From the NCBI GenBank assembly GCA_028534125.1, contig CM052818.1, forward strand, positions 31,312,001 through 31,376,000: DNA of 64,000 nucleotides, given 5' to 3'. The stretch is from Lama glama. Its lineage: Eukaryota. Below the pieces are notes generated by a model that was not told where the DNA came from, did not search any database, and saw only the letters and a list, made by a program, of their open reading frames with translations. A program made the translations under genes and the position numbers. Shown here piece by piece: positions 14,281 to 27,670 of this stretch (position 1 is its first letter; each line of letters begins with the position of its first letter).

Positions 14281-15759
14281 CTAAACAAGACAATAAACCA
14301 TTAGAAGTCACAAAATAAAGGAAGATAAGTGAGGTAAGGAAATAGTGCAGAATTTCTTTGATAAAAATAGCAGATCGTTTTCCTGTAATTACTGAATACA
14401 GCTTACTGAGTCAAGTGAGAAGATATAAATAGTAAACCCCTAACAAAGATCCTAGAGTTATTTACTTATTGGAATTTTGAAAATTTTATAATAATGTACT
14501 AATAGATGTTTTATAACAGTTTAAAAATTCATATTCAAATCCTTAACATTCTTTAAGTAATTTCATAAAATAGTCAGTATCTAATGAAAACTGAAATACA
14601 ATAAAATACAAATAAACTAAAATTTTCATAAAATAGTCATTACATAATACAAATTGAAATACTAAAATATAAAGTAAAATAAAACTAAAATAGTAATAAG
14701 ATGTAAAGCTCTAGACATCTAGAAGAAATAACTAACAATTTGCCAAATATATCAGATCAACATTTTTTTTAACCCAATAATTTAGGGCTTCAGTGCAAAG
14801 TCAAATATCTGCCTTGCTCGGGCACAGAGCACACTAATAATTACTAACCCAAACCACTCCACAACAGAATGGGCACATGATTAGCACATCATGTACAAAC
14901 ATCTGAACATGGTTTGGCTGAATATAGTTACAGAGTCAAGTATATGTTCCAATTGTTGGCAAAAACTTTTTCCATTCCATGAGGTGACTTGGTAAGTTCC
15001 AAGAAGAACCAAACTCATTATTCAGCAATTATATTTGGAAAAAGTAAAGTGTTCAGAAATTTGGCCTCAGTTGCTGGGGGAGATCATGAAATACCTTCTG
15101 ATGACAGCAGATGTTAGAACCTGCAATTCTTAGCTGCATCCTGAAATTTACAGACTATTCCAAGTCACCGGGGAAAAACACATACATATAAACACAACTT
15201 TCTGAGTCCTCAAAATCTCAAAAAGCTACAGATGGATTCCACAACACTAAAATATTCAAGGAACACTCCTGTAAAAGATGGTACATTATTTTATACAAGA
15301 GGAACTGAGTCAAAGAACTAAATACCCACAGATCCCTAGCAAGTCAAAAGTATAAGCCTTAAACATGAAAAGTAATAAGCTCTTCTCATATTCACTGGAG
15401 GGACATATTCTGGGCATGGAACTGCAAAACAGTATTTTCTAGACAGCTGGCAGGACCTTACATGGGATGGGGAATCCCAGAGCCACTAAAGATGAGTAGG
15501 TAACCACTGTTCAGCTTACTCTTCCAGTTCGTCACAGACTTGAGGGATCTGAAGACAAAACTGAATTCTGTTGTAGAATGTGACTACAAGTATTTAGTAG
15601 CTCTAAAAGGTACAGTCATGATGTGGGAAGGCAGAAATAATCAGAGACACAGAGCGATCAGAGATGCAGATTTCCCCCTCCATCCCCACGTCATCTACCC
15701 ACCCCCAGCCTCTGGGATTATTGGGACTAACTGCACTAGCGTCCCACTTGCTGACCACA

Positions 15760-16180
15760 GCTGCCTGTCTTGTTAGCTGGCTCCCTGTAACACTCCAATG
15801 CCAGCATGCCTTCTGCTCCAGGGAGACCACTGGCCGCTGGGATGTTCTCACACCAGCCAGGCGTGTTCCCATCTCAGGGTCTGTGCCCTCTACCCAGACA
15901 GCTGCATGACTTCCTGCTTTGTCAGTTAATCTCTACTTAAATAAAAACTAGACGGGTCTTCTCTAACTACCCAATGCCCAGCACGCTACACCCCCCTTCT
16001 TTTGTTAAAACTCTCTCTCCTTATCTTGCTTTATTTTTCTGTACAGCATTTATGAATACCTGGCATATTTTTATTAACATTAGTATTTTTTTACCTGTCT
16101 TTCCTCACAGAATGTAAGCTTCATGAAAGTAGAGACTTTGCTTTGTATATAAAGCTCCAGGAACTCACATATTTATTAAA
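15760..16180 (+). mobile_element. L2 3' fragment
   Basis: cttgctttatttttctgtacagcattta...agaatgtaagcttcatgaaagtagagactttg. Confidence 0.55.
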
Positions 16181-16293
16181 TGAAGTTTTATACACAGGGG
16201 TGTTTAACTGCATGTAATATTATAATTGTTAAAACCTAGAAAGGCTTTCCTTTCCAAATCAGGAAAACAGAAACCCAAATCATGGTATACCAA

Positions 16294-16487
16294 TGATGAT
16301 GGTTAATGTTAGGTATCAAATTGGCTAGGCCAAGATACCCAGATATTGGTCAAACATTATTCTAGATGTTTCTGTGAAGGTGTTCTTTGATGAGATTAAT
16401 ATTTAAATCAGCTGACTTTGACTAAAGCAGTTTACATTCCATAATGTAGGTGGGCCTCATCCAATCAACTGGAGGCCTTAATAGAAA

Positions 16488-16522
<35 letters not shown>

Positions 16523-16758
16523 AACCCTGAACTCCTCAAGCAGGAAAGAATTCTTCCAGCAGACTGCCTTTGGACTCGAATTCCAACTTTGCCCTCAGTC
16601 TCCTGCCTGCTGACTTACACTATACACTTTTAACTTGCCAAGCCTCCACAATCATGTGAACCAATTCCTGAAAATCATCTGCCCCCCACCGCTTTCTCTC
16701 TCTCCCCACACACATACACACACCCTGTTCTGTTCATCTGGACAACACCTGACTAATG
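16294..16758 (+). mobile_element. MLT2-family (ERVL) solo LTR, contains a (CAGA)n tract at ~16493-16518
   Basis: Starts tgatggttaat...cccagatattggtcaaacattattctagatgtttctgtgaagg, includes gtgggcctcatccaatca, and ends cctgactaat. Confidence 0.8.
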
Positions 16759-16936
16759 ATGTGAGAGATTATAATACATTAAGTACAAAGAAAAGTGTAA
16801 CTCTAATTTCCCATTTTAAAATTATGTGTATGAATGCACACATATATGCCTGTGTATGTGTGTGTATATACACGTGTATATGTGTGTGACCAAATGACCC
16901 AAAAGCAACAGAGTAAAATTAGAATAGTGTGGTGGG

Positions 16937-17013
16937 TTTTTTTTGGAGGTACTGGGGATTGAACCCAGGACCTTGTGCATACTAAGCATGGGTTCTACCA
17001 CTAAGCCACCCCC
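16937..17013 (-). mobile_element. tRNA-derived SINE (camelid vic-1-like, short form)
   Basis: Minus strand ggggg-TGGCTTAGTGG (A box)-tagaacccatgcttagtatgcacaaggtcctg-GGTTCAATCCC (B box)-cagtacctcc-A8. Confidence 0.8.
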
Positions 17014-19420
17014 AGAACAGAGTTTCTTTAGAGACAATGGAATAAGAGTAATTTCTGTGCTCCCTTCTATGTTTATAAATTTCCCCAAATTAACATATAT
17101 TACTTCTATAAGCAAAAAAAAAGCTATAAACAATAACATGAAAATAGAATATATTTAAAGTTACATTTAAATGCACTAACTTGAAAATGTGCAAGCAAGT
17201 TGGATTCAGGACTTAAAGAGGATTATAAAACATTCTCTTTGGGCTTTAAAAGTTTAAAGTTAATTTGGTAGCTAAAAACACCTTTGAGTTAGCAGATACT
17301 TTTTCAAACCAAAGGTATTTTGCTTGCCTACTTCAAAAAAAAATCATTTATCCCCCACCCCCCAAATTTTTAGGGTTTCAGGATCAGTCTGTTTTCTCTG
17401 TTTGGCAAATAGTCTAGCTTTTTGCAAGTTGGCTTTAAAATGTAAATACTGTTTTAACTTAAAAAACAGGCAACTACACCATGTAATTTTGAGTACTCTG
17501 GATTTTGAAAACACATACCTAGATGTTAAGGTCATCACCTAAAAAATACACCTGAGAAGTATATAGACTGAAAAAAGCTTTAAATATACACTTAATTGCC
17601 TCTGAAGGTCTTATGAGTGAACATTTTAATACTAATATACTAAAGTAGGAGCAACGCATGACCTTTTATTCCATTATCTTTCAATTACTAAATAACTTCC
17701 AAAGTTGCTGATCTTTAGTATACATTTTGGCATTCACAAATATAAATCTAATTCAGTAAATGACTTTCTATACTCTAATATAGCTAATATTTCAACCCAA
17801 ATTAAGTATTCTATATCCTAAGTATTATAAAATATAAATATGGCTGCCTCTCCATTATAATTTCCTAATTATAGTTCAGCTTTGGGAATCAACTTAAAAT
17901 TTACAATATATTTTCAAGCTTAAGCAATATACAGCCAATATTATTCTTAGTATTACTCTCTGTGATCCAACTACTTTAAAAATTTTAACTATAAAAATCA
18001 AACACATACTATACAGTAAGTATATATTTTAGAACATAATACTAGTATGTAAAAATTACCATGCTTCATTTAGCTCAGTTTCATCTGTCACAGATTACTC
18101 AAAGGTCTCTTTCTTGGTATCAGTGGTAAATGTTTCCCCAAACACCTTAATTTCCCTCATTAACATATTATGGCTTAGTCACCCATTCCCTTACTTCAGT
18201 AGTAATGCAATTTGTATTTTTCATCTTCAACTCTCTTTTTGGGTACTGGGTTCCATAAATTACTATGTCCAGAGAGTGAATTAGTATGTTCATTTACATG
18301 TTCTCTCAAGTTCTAAGAGTTGCCCTTCTTAGTAGCTCTTAGTTGCCTCAATCTGGTATTGAAGATTTGGAAGACAAGTTAATGTTCTATCTCTCCATCC
18401 TGGTGATTTTTAGGTTCTATCCTGCTTCAGTCTGTCGTCCCTCATACAATAGACCTTCATCCATTGAATCCTTCTCAAATTCTGCTGTAATTTTCTTGAA
18501 GTAACTAGGGTATTAAAATTTTTAAATTTTGCTCTTTTGAGTTGAAGGATTCTATAAAACTGTTTCATGTCCAAGCTTATACCCTCCTCTACCAATATTC
18601 AAACAGGGAAGCTCTCTCTGTCTTAAATCCTAGATTGCAACAGGTTTCATCTGCAGCAATGATCTGTGGTTCAAAAAAATGTGAAACCCGCTAGAGAATG
18701 AAAGACTATATTTTGTTTTTAATCTTTTAAAGAACCCCTTGAGATCCACTGGCATTTTTGGCTTGTGTAATTTAGTATGTGGGAAGGCAGGAAAGTGCTA
18801 AGTACATTTTCCTGTGTCCCCTCTACAACTCAACGATGGCTGACTTGTCTTGAGGAAAGGACAAAGCCTTCTTTTCTCATACTAGGGATAAGGCTTTAAA
18901 ATACCAGGAGAAAGTCAGCATATTAACTTAAATCAATAATAAATAAAATTAGTTACTATTCGATCCTTTTCTTGTAAGTAAGAAATTGAGAAAAAAAGTC
19001 TAATGGATCAATATGGATCTTAGAACAGGACAAAAATATATAAAACAGGAAGGGGATTTTAAAACTAGGTTTTGTTCTTTCTCAAGGTTGGTTTGGCTAT
19101 TTGGGGGTTTTGGTGATTCCATAGAAATTACAGGAAGTAAAAGACTGATACTTAAAATATATACTGAAATTTAAAACTATAAAGCTCTTGGATGGCAAGT
19201 ATAAATAATACCTCTTGGGGTTACCATCATAAATTCTATGGGCTGGAAATGAGGAGTTCTGGGTTCTGATATGCTACTGATTAACTGCATGACCTTAAGG
19301 ACAGGCCATTAATCTTGTTGGTGTTCAGTTATTTCATCTGAAGTCTAAGAAGTTTAGATAAGACAATTTCTAAGTTCCTTTCGTTTTAAAATTCCATGGT
19401 CCAAACTCAGGCTACTTTAC

Positions 19421-19567
19421 CTGTGAGATCAGTCCCTTCTGGGAATATGAGGAGTTGAAGTGGTTCATGGATATCACAAAAATAATCAATCATGTCTTCA
19501 AAATGGCTCCTGTCATCCTTCCATTTCCTATGAATGAAGATATAGGCAGCAGCCTGCATGGCCCAAC
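19421..19567 (-). CDS. LCLAT1: LCLAT1 coding exon, 147 nt (G-WAMQAAAYIFIHRKWKDDRSHFEDMIDYFCDIHEPLQLLIFPEGTDLT-E); absent from the ORF track
   Basis: Translated by hand from the minus strand. Acceptor gattctag|GT and donor ACAG|gtaaag. Phase 1/1. Contains motifs FIHRKW and FPEGTD. Confidence 0.96.
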
Positions 19568-20164
19568 CTAGAATCAATTTAACAAGTATTTACATATAAT
19601 TTTAATACCAATACCCACATATTATTGAATAAAATATTTTAGAGCTTTTTGGTTTTACTATAATTTACTTTCATAATTAGCATCTAATGATATACCTTAA
19701 ATTCAGCACTGATCTGGGATTAAATAACAGACATACCAGAGAATATTCTTAAAGGAGTTTACTAAATTCTAGGATTTGCAAAATTCTCAAAAACCTCTTT
19801 TCAGACCAAACCTAGCTATTAAAATACCAAAGAAAAAAACTTCCTTAATATTTATCATTAACTCATCCAAATTTCTAACAATCCTAACTAACTAGACATT
19901 TTTACCAGGTTACCTACAAGAGATACATGACTGTGTGTTATCAGGCTTATAAAACAGAAAGCAAAGGATTGTTCTCAAGAATTCTCTTTGATATTTTCTT
20001 TTCTGTATTACTCAATCTCTAAATCCAATTGCTATTTTCAATTGTAGCCTCTTTTTTAGATTTTATTTAAAAGAGAAAATATGCAATGGCTACTAAATAC
20101 GTTAATCAGAGTATACACTGTGATCATTTTCTCTCTCTCTAAGGCAAATTCACCTTGCTACTGA

Positions 20165-20680
20165 AGAGGTAGCCTCAGACGAGCCATGTTTTACCCATTG
20201 ACACCCCTCCCTGGCCAGAAATGCTTAGAACTACTGTGGTAAATGCCTGGCTTAAGGCAGCCAATCAGTAGGCTATTGAACAGTCCATGAAGCATGAAAC
20301 CCTTGGCCCAAACACAGTAACTATCTTGGCCAGTCAAATGTTCTCTCTCAGAAATTTTACCTGGGACCATGGAGAAAGCAAGCTGGTATGGAAGACAAAT
20401 GGATGGACAAAAAAGCAGGTAACAGAGACAGTAGCAGCTGAGGCAAAACACAGGTAGCATATGGTAGTGAAGATCTGAACCACTCTTGCTGCTGAGGCAC
20501 CTGAAGCTGATTTTGATCCAGAACGAAAGACAGCCAGTCTCCCACAAGTGCTGGCCAGTCTATGGGTCCACCTGCTGGGTACCCAAGAGTCCATTCCCTT
20601 ACTGCCATGTGTATCTTTACTTTTGTTTTTTCAGCTAGAGGAAATAAGTGGTAGTTCCTTGCCAACAAACACAACTAAAA
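20165..20680 (+). mobile_element. Old MaLR (MLT1-type) LTR
   Basis: GC-richer block with ggccagtcaaatgttctctctcagaaattt and a 3' end gttccttgccaacaaac. Subfamily uncertain. Confidence 0.45.
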
Positions 20681-20984
20681 TAAGAGTTACCATCACTTAA
20701 TCAATACAGTTGTACCCTGAAAATACATAAAATTATCGGTAAATTATTCATCAGTGGTTAAAAAAACTGTAGGACTTTATTTGGTTTGAATATGTACAAA
20801 CTAGAATACTGTATTCTACAAATACATCGAAAAAGTCTACTTTAGTATAGGACTTGCTGATATGCATCCAATCACTCCTCACCTACTGCATTTGTTGTCA
20901 GTCATCCATCTGTCCTGGAACAGATCCCACACTTGCCCCCTCCCACATGTCTCTCTTTCACCAGAGGACACCTACTACCACAGT

Positions 20985-21200
20985 GCAGTTTGCCGACAAA
21001 GTAGCTCCGGAGTGAGATTGCCTGGGTTAGAATCATAGCTCCACCAGAAACCAGCCATTCAACTGTAAGCCTGTGTCCCTCACAGACCCCAAATGTAAAG
21101 ATAAACATAATGCTGCAATAGTATTTACCTGATAGGAGTTATTGTAAGAAATAAATAAGATTATTTCACACAAAGTAGTCAATAAATAGTTATTACCATT
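20985..21200 (+). mobile_element. MIR SINE
   Basis: gcctgggttagaatcatagctccacca...tgtaaagataaacataat...gttattgtaagaaataaataag. Confidence 0.55.
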
Positions 21201-21307
21201 ATTATGATTAAGAAGTTACAATAATACCAAGGATATTATATCAAGGAACATAAAGATCTAACAAGAAAAGTTCCCATTCATGACTGCAAAACAAAAATAT
21301 GCAAAAG

Positions 21308-21339
<32 letters not shown>

Positions 21340-21769
21340 GACACCCGCAGGAGCCTCATGAAGACAACTACACACCTGGAAGGAAATGGTGAGGCATACG
21401 TTTCTGAATTCAACCAACATGCCAATGATCTCCAAATTCATAATTTTAGTTTCATGTAATTATAGTCAAAATTCCAATGAAATGAAGGTGTGTGAAAATT
21501 TGGGATTTAATTCTAGAGATAATCTGTAATAAAGAGATGAGACTAAGGAAGTTTTGAATAGAAGAATAAGTAGGGAAGACTCACACCATTAAACATTAAA
21601 TATATTATGAAGCAACAATCATTAAGTCAGAACAGTATATCTGCAAAAGCAGACAAATGGAAAAGAATGCAAGACCCAGAAAAAGGCCCTTGAATATGTT
21701 AGGAATTAAGTATATGATAATGACAGCATTTCAGACCAGAAGGTAAAGAATGAGATGGGCTTTTTAAAA

Positions 21770-22950
21770 ATATTTTTTGAGGTATAACTTAAAGTATGAA
21801 GATATTAAGTGTATAGGTCCAGAGCTTAATGAATTGTTACACATATCTGAGTGGCTACCATCCAGATTAAGGCACTGAATATGTTCAGCACCCAAGAATT
21901 CTCCCATGTGCCACTCTGCCAGTTAATATGCTCCAAAGGCATCCATTATTGTGACCTCATCATAACTAATACAAATGAAATCACACAGTAGATATTCTTT
22001 TGCCTTTGGCTTCTTTTGTTCAATATCATGTGAAATGAGATTCACCCATATTAAGTATTCACATTGCTGTGTAGTAGTCAATTACATGAATATATTACAA
22101 CACATTTCTACTATTGATGGAGCGATGTCTTGGCTATTAGGAATAAAGTCAATATGGGTATCTTTGTACCTGTCTTCGGTTGAACATAAGCACTCAGTTC
22201 TGTTGAATGAATCCTCAGGAGGGGAGCTGCTGTGTATTAGGATTTATGTATGTCCAGCTTCAGTAGATGGCATGTTTTTCTCTGATTGTACTGACACTCC
22301 CACCAGCAATGTACGAGTTCTAATTCCTCTGTCTACAGCCTCATCAACACTAGATCTTACAAGTCCTTTTAATTTTAGCCGTTCTAATCTAGGTACGGTA
22401 GTTTTAATTTGCATTTCCCTTATGATTAAAGATGTTGAGGATCTTTTCATATACAAATTGGCTACCTGGATATCTTCTTTGTGAACTGCCTCTTCAAACT
22501 TTTTGCCCATTTTTTCATTGGATTCTCTCTCTTTATTAACTAGTAGGATACAAGGGCAGATACCCACCCCCCACCCACACACAGAGAATATATATAATCC
22601 TAGTTTTACATATACACCAAATATCTTTTCTTAATTTGTAGTATGCATTTTTTCTCCCTTAAAAGTGTCTTGTTATGAACCTAACATGTAATATATGAAT
22701 GAAGCCCATTTTATAAATCTTTTCCATTGTGCTTGGTGTTTCTTGTGTCTTGTTTAAGAAATCTCTGCCTACTCCAAAGTCATGAAGACTCTATTCCATG
22801 TATTCTTCTAGAAGCTTAAATGTTTAAACTTTCACATTTTGGTTTATGATCCATCTCAAATTAATTTTTGTATATTGGGTGAGGTAGACATCAAAGGCTC
22901 TTGTTTTCCACATAGATGTTCAATTGACAAATGCCATTAAGTGAAAAGAC
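21770..22950 (-). mobile_element. Old L1M 3' end/ORF2 C-terminal fragment, inserted into another plus-strand L1M fragment (~21370-21760)
   Basis: Minus ORF 22244-22582 ([27 protein letters not shown]) is L1 ORF2 C-terminal sequence. 3' end tttttgaggtataactt. Confidence 0.8.
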
Positions 22951-23245
22951 CAAGAGATCATTAATTTAAGTAATAAGATATTTTTAAAGCACTAGAAAAT
23001 AAATGAAAACATATTGGCTGTAAAACAGTCAAACAGCTCAGAAGTACATAGACTAAAACATGAAAATACTCCTTCCACATTTATTAGGGGAAATGTTTTT
23101 TCTTTGCTTGACATCTCCTTTTATGTTTTCATGTTTGTTAATACTTCTTTATGGTTTCCTGCCCACCTTTCTCCACTTTTCTTCCTTTCTCTGTCTTTAG
23201 TTGAAATTATTATGTTTTCTTTGCCTGTTCCTTTGTTCTCTAACA

Positions 23246-23537
23246 CAGAGGTCAGCAAACTATGGACCAAATCCAGTGCACTATCTGTAATTGTATGGAC
23301 CACAAGTTAAGGAGAATATTTTGTAATATGTGAAAATGATAGGGAATTCAAATTTCAGTGTTTAATAAAGCAAAGTTGGACAGGAACTCAGCCACACCCA
23401 TTTGTTTATATTTGTCGTCTATGGCCGCTTCTGTACAGCAGTGGCAGAGTGGACCAGGTGCAGGAGAAACAGTACTGCCCACAAACTCCAAAATATTTAC
23501 TTCCTAACCCCTTACAGAAACAGTTTGCCCACCCTTG
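23246..23537. mobile_element. MER58-like hAT-Charlie MITE
   Basis: TIRs cagaggtcagcaaact / agtttgcccacccttg. The flanking 8-mers ctctaaca / ctctagtg resemble the hAT NTCTAGAN target. Confidence 0.8.
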
Positions 23538-23879
23538 CTCTAGTGGTTTGGAAATTACAAACTGTTTTATTCTTTTAATAGTCATGCTTAAAATTTTTTC
23601 ACCTTTCCATTTCTGACAAACATTTAAACTTAAAAATAGTTCTGTCAACACTGAGTTAATAAATAATCCTCCCCTAAACAAAAAATTTTGCTTTCCTCTT
23701 GTCCCTCTTCCCAGATTTGTAGAAATCATCCAGTAGTTTCCCCAAATTGCTATTATTATTATGACTACTACTACTACTTCTAATATATTCTTTATGTTTC
23801 ACAAAAATATTTTTAATCATTTAGACTTGACTCAGTAAGTCTGCTGCTTTCTCTGCTTATTGTTTCTTATATCCTGTGT

Positions 23880-24520
23880 CCTTTTCCGTTAGTCCTCTTT
23901 AAGGAATTTCTTTCAAAAAATATTTGAGTCTCCACATTCCTGAAATGTATTTTTTGGTTCTCAAATTTTGGAGACTAGTTTGGCTTAAAATGGAACTTGG
24001 GATTCCAAATCATTTTCCCCTCAGAATTTCAGAGCTATTTTTCCCACAGTCTTGTGTCACTTGATATGGCTAATAAGAAGTCTGACATCAATCTAATTTT
24101 TCCCCCTCTGGAAGCTTTACTGATTTCCTGTTTATCCTTGGTTTTGTGAAACTTCACCAGGATGAATCTAGGTATGGAACATTTTCACTAATTCTGCTCA
24201 GCAGTTGGTACACTCTCCCAATATGAGTCTCTCCTTAACACTGGAAATTTTCCTTCCATTTGTTAAGAAAATATTATTTTTTTCTCTTCTTCATTCTTTC
24301 AGACTTTCTATTTGGAACTTAGATGTTAAAACTTCTGGATCTGTCCTCTTATACTTTTTATCTCCCTTCATTTGACTCCGTTGAAGGAAAATCTCTTAGC
24401 TTGGTCATCCAACTCACTAATTTGATCTTCAGCTGTGCCTGATCTACTAACTGAGTTTATTTCATCAATCATCTCTTTAATTATCAAGATTTACGACTGG
24501 TTCTTTATCACAGCAGCCAA
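23880..24520 (-). mobile_element. Ancient L1M/HAL1 ORF1-region fragment
   Basis: T-rich antisense ORF1-like sequence, e.g. gaagtctgacatcaatctaattttccc and aaacttcaccaggatgaatctaggtatgg. Confidence 0.5.
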
Positions 24521-24589
24521 TTTTTATGAACAAACAGCAAAACTATAAGTTATGGCAAATACAAAGAGTAGTAATTTTAATAAAAATGT

Positions 24590-24795
24590 TTATTGAATGG
24601 TTACTATATGCTGGGTACTCTTCAAAGCATTTTCATTAATTCAAGACAACCTTATGAATTAGGTAAAATTATTCCCATTTTATGGATGACAAAACTGAGG
24701 CACACTGAGACTCAAAAGAACTAGTAAGTGGTGAAACCAGGTTTCAAATACAGGCAGTCTGGCTCCAAAGCTGATGTGTTTAACCATTGTACTAA
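24590..24795 (-). mobile_element. MIR SINE
   Basis: attcccattttatggatgacaaaactgaggcac...ctagtaagtggtgaaaccaggtttcaaatacaggcagtctggctccaaagc. Confidence 0.75.
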
Positions 24796-25876
24796 CGGGC
24801 CTCTCCGCAATATGTACTTGACTCTCCCTTAGTTACACAGAGTATAAATTCTCCTCAGAAGATTAGCTGTTCCTCAGAGAGTCTTATCCCTAGACACACT
24901 TTAAAGCTGTGTATTTTCCTCCAATGTTAATTCTGTATTGTCTTCATATCTGTAAAGGATGTTCTAGACTGAAAAATACAGACAGGTTGAGTGTATTTCT
25001 CCATTCCAAGTAAGAATATCTGTTGCTCCCGTGGGAGACGGGAAAAGCAGGAAGACCCATGGGGCTGTGACATAAAACTTTTCTAATATTTTGTATATGT
25101 TTCAGAAATCCCATTTGGATGACTTAATCAGTCAGCCTCTTGGATCTCTCCTCTGAAGATACGATGATTTCTTCCCAGTGCACTTTGCCTTCTCATGTTC
25201 CATTTATACATCACTAGTGCTTTTGAATGTTTTTTACTCCCTTTAGCGTAAATGTTTTTCTCCCTTTCATAAAAATCACAGGAAGAATGTGGTTTTTTTT
25301 CTCCTCATTTCACTGCCATCAGTGCACATTTTATTCATGTTTAAAGCAATATCCTGATTTCCTGAACATTCTTGAGATCCTCAAACATACAATTTTATGA
25401 CATTTATTTCATTAGCCTATGGACTGATAAATCACAGTGCAGCTGATCATATCATTTGAAATTAGTCTGTATAACTTGCCTGTTTCGTACTTTTTCCATT
25501 GGCGGACATTCTGTCTATCACCTGAATTTCTCAGACAAGGACTGGGAGTCTAGCAGGTTTATAAAGATAGATTCTGTGGATGCTGGCATGGCTCTGCTCC
25601 TTCTTTCAAAAAACCCCATTTACATGCTCAACATGGCCTTCTCAAGCAGACAGGAGTAATCCCTGAGAATACTCTATTGTCCAAAGATATTCTATAATTT
25701 TAAAACCTTGTTTTCTTTGGCTTAAATTCTCTTTTGTCAAGTTTTAGAGTTGGCAGCGGCGGGGGAGGGGGGACTATTTACTTGAGTGTATTTTTAACAT
25801 TATGCATTCTTTCTCCATAAAAAGCCCTTTTCAGCATTTTCTTCTTCCTTTTTCCACTTTATTGTAGATGAATATA

Positions 25877-26098
25877 CAAATGACCCTTGATCAACACGGG
25901 GGTTATGGGTGCCTGCCCCCAGCATAGTCGAAAATCCACTTATAACTTTATAGTTATACCCTCTGTATCCATGGTTATGTATTCGTGGATTCAACCAACC
26001 ACAAATTGTATAGTACTGTAATACATACCTAACTGAAAAAAAATCCACATGTAAGTGGACCCATGCAGTTGAAACCTGTATTGTTCAAGGGTCAACTG
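25877..26098. mobile_element. Tigger2/MER8-like TcMar MITE, 222 bp
   Basis: TIRs caaatgacccttgatcaaca / ttgttcaagggtcaactg, flanked by TA on both sides (25875-25876, 26099-26100). Confidence 0.85.
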
Positions 26099-27192
26099 TA
26101 GTTAAAGGAATCATAAAAATATCTATACTACTCACCTAATATGCTCAAAACTGAACTTCCAAGATAGAGTAATCCAATTTATCTTTGTTCTCTATGTATT
26201 TATTAATTCATTATGTTATCTACTATGGGATTATGAATGCAACACCAGGAACAAAAAGCAGTGTAGAAGAGATAAGACAAACTGTTCTCTTCAGCATATT
26301 TTCAATCCTGAATAGACAGTGTGGATGCAACCAAGGAAAAGTTACCCATAGGCCTCTATTAAATGCAAATGAATGATAATCTGAACAGATGCAAATTTTG
26401 TATAGACTCATATGACAACAGTCATGAGCAAAAACTAAATTTACTGAGTGTGTGGTTGTGCACAGCAACAGTTACACAAGTAAATCCAGAACAAATAAGT
26501 TCTATTTCTTAGAATTTCAACCTCAGTCAGGGTGCTAAATGCTACACAAAGTTAGAGAAGCTCTGTCTTCTTTGAACTCACATTTAAAATTAGGTAATGC
26601 TCTCTAAATCCCTCCTCTAAGATAATTAACTTCCACGAAGCTCTGACTTTTAAAAATATTGAGACAGATAATCAATTTTATAACTTTGTCCTGTAATAAT
26701 CCTTTTGTTGCATGCCTATATCATTAGGTTTCAAATGTGCTGAAAATACAGACAGAAATCAAAGTGTAAAATATGAGCAAGCAATTAAATAATATCCTAA
26801 AGCAAACTGAATTCTAAATGTAATGTCAAATTTGAAAAACCACAAAAGAAAAAAAAAGGATATAACCACCCTTACTGCAAATTTCATTAGACTCCACAAA
26901 GAGATGATCATATCTATCTGCAGCGAGTAAAAAGTCTTGCTTAATATTGAAGAAAAATGTCTATTTATTGATGCTTTTGGTTAGCAATATGAGGCTTCTT
27001 GGTTATAATTACAATTTGGAGATTCACCCTACTGTAGGACCAAAACCTATCTTTTATAACACGTGAGATTTGCTATTTAATCAATTTTCTAGATGAAGTG
27101 CCTTCTGAGATACCTTTTTCTGTTGCAGAACTGATTCCTAACCTAAGTATATTACCAGCTCTATACACTGAGAGAGCCAGTAGCAGCTAGCA

Positions 27193-27670
27193 TGTGGCTG
27201 GCAGAATAATGTCCCCCACAAAAGATACCACACCTAATTCCCAGAACTGTGAATATGTTACATAGCAAAGAGGAGTTAAAGCTGCTAATCAGCCGAATTT
27301 AAGATAAGGAGATTATCCTGGATTAGCCTGGTGGGACCAATGTAATCACAGAGGTCTTTAAAAGTGGAAGAGGGAGGCAAGAAAAGACTCAGAATGAAGC
27401 ACTGTGAGAAGGACTTGACTGGTCCTTACTGGCCTTAAAGATGGAGGAAGGGGGCCAGGAGCCAAGGAATGTGGGCATCCAATAGAAACTGGAAACATCA
27501 AGGACAGACTCTACACAGAGCCTACAGAAAGGATCTGGTACTGCTGATGCCTTGATGTTAGCCCAGTGAGACCCACATCAGGCTTCTGACCTCCAGAACT
27601 GTGAAATAATAAATATGTGTTGTTTAAGCCACTCCATTCATGGTACAAGCAGTAACAGGAAACTAATACC
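27193..27670 (+). mobile_element. MLT1D-like MaLR solo LTR, nested in an L1M 3' end
   Basis: tgtggctggcagaataatgtccccc...gagattatcctggatt...aataaatatgtgttgtttaagccact...ggaaactaatac. Confidence 0.85.

Noticed and set aside
16937..17013. tRNA gene
   Set aside because: A and B boxes are present, but it has an A tail and no convincing cloverleaf or acceptor stem. It is a SINE.
21975..22484. Longest ORF in the track (169 aa)
   Set aside because: Antisense reading of an old L1 3' region.
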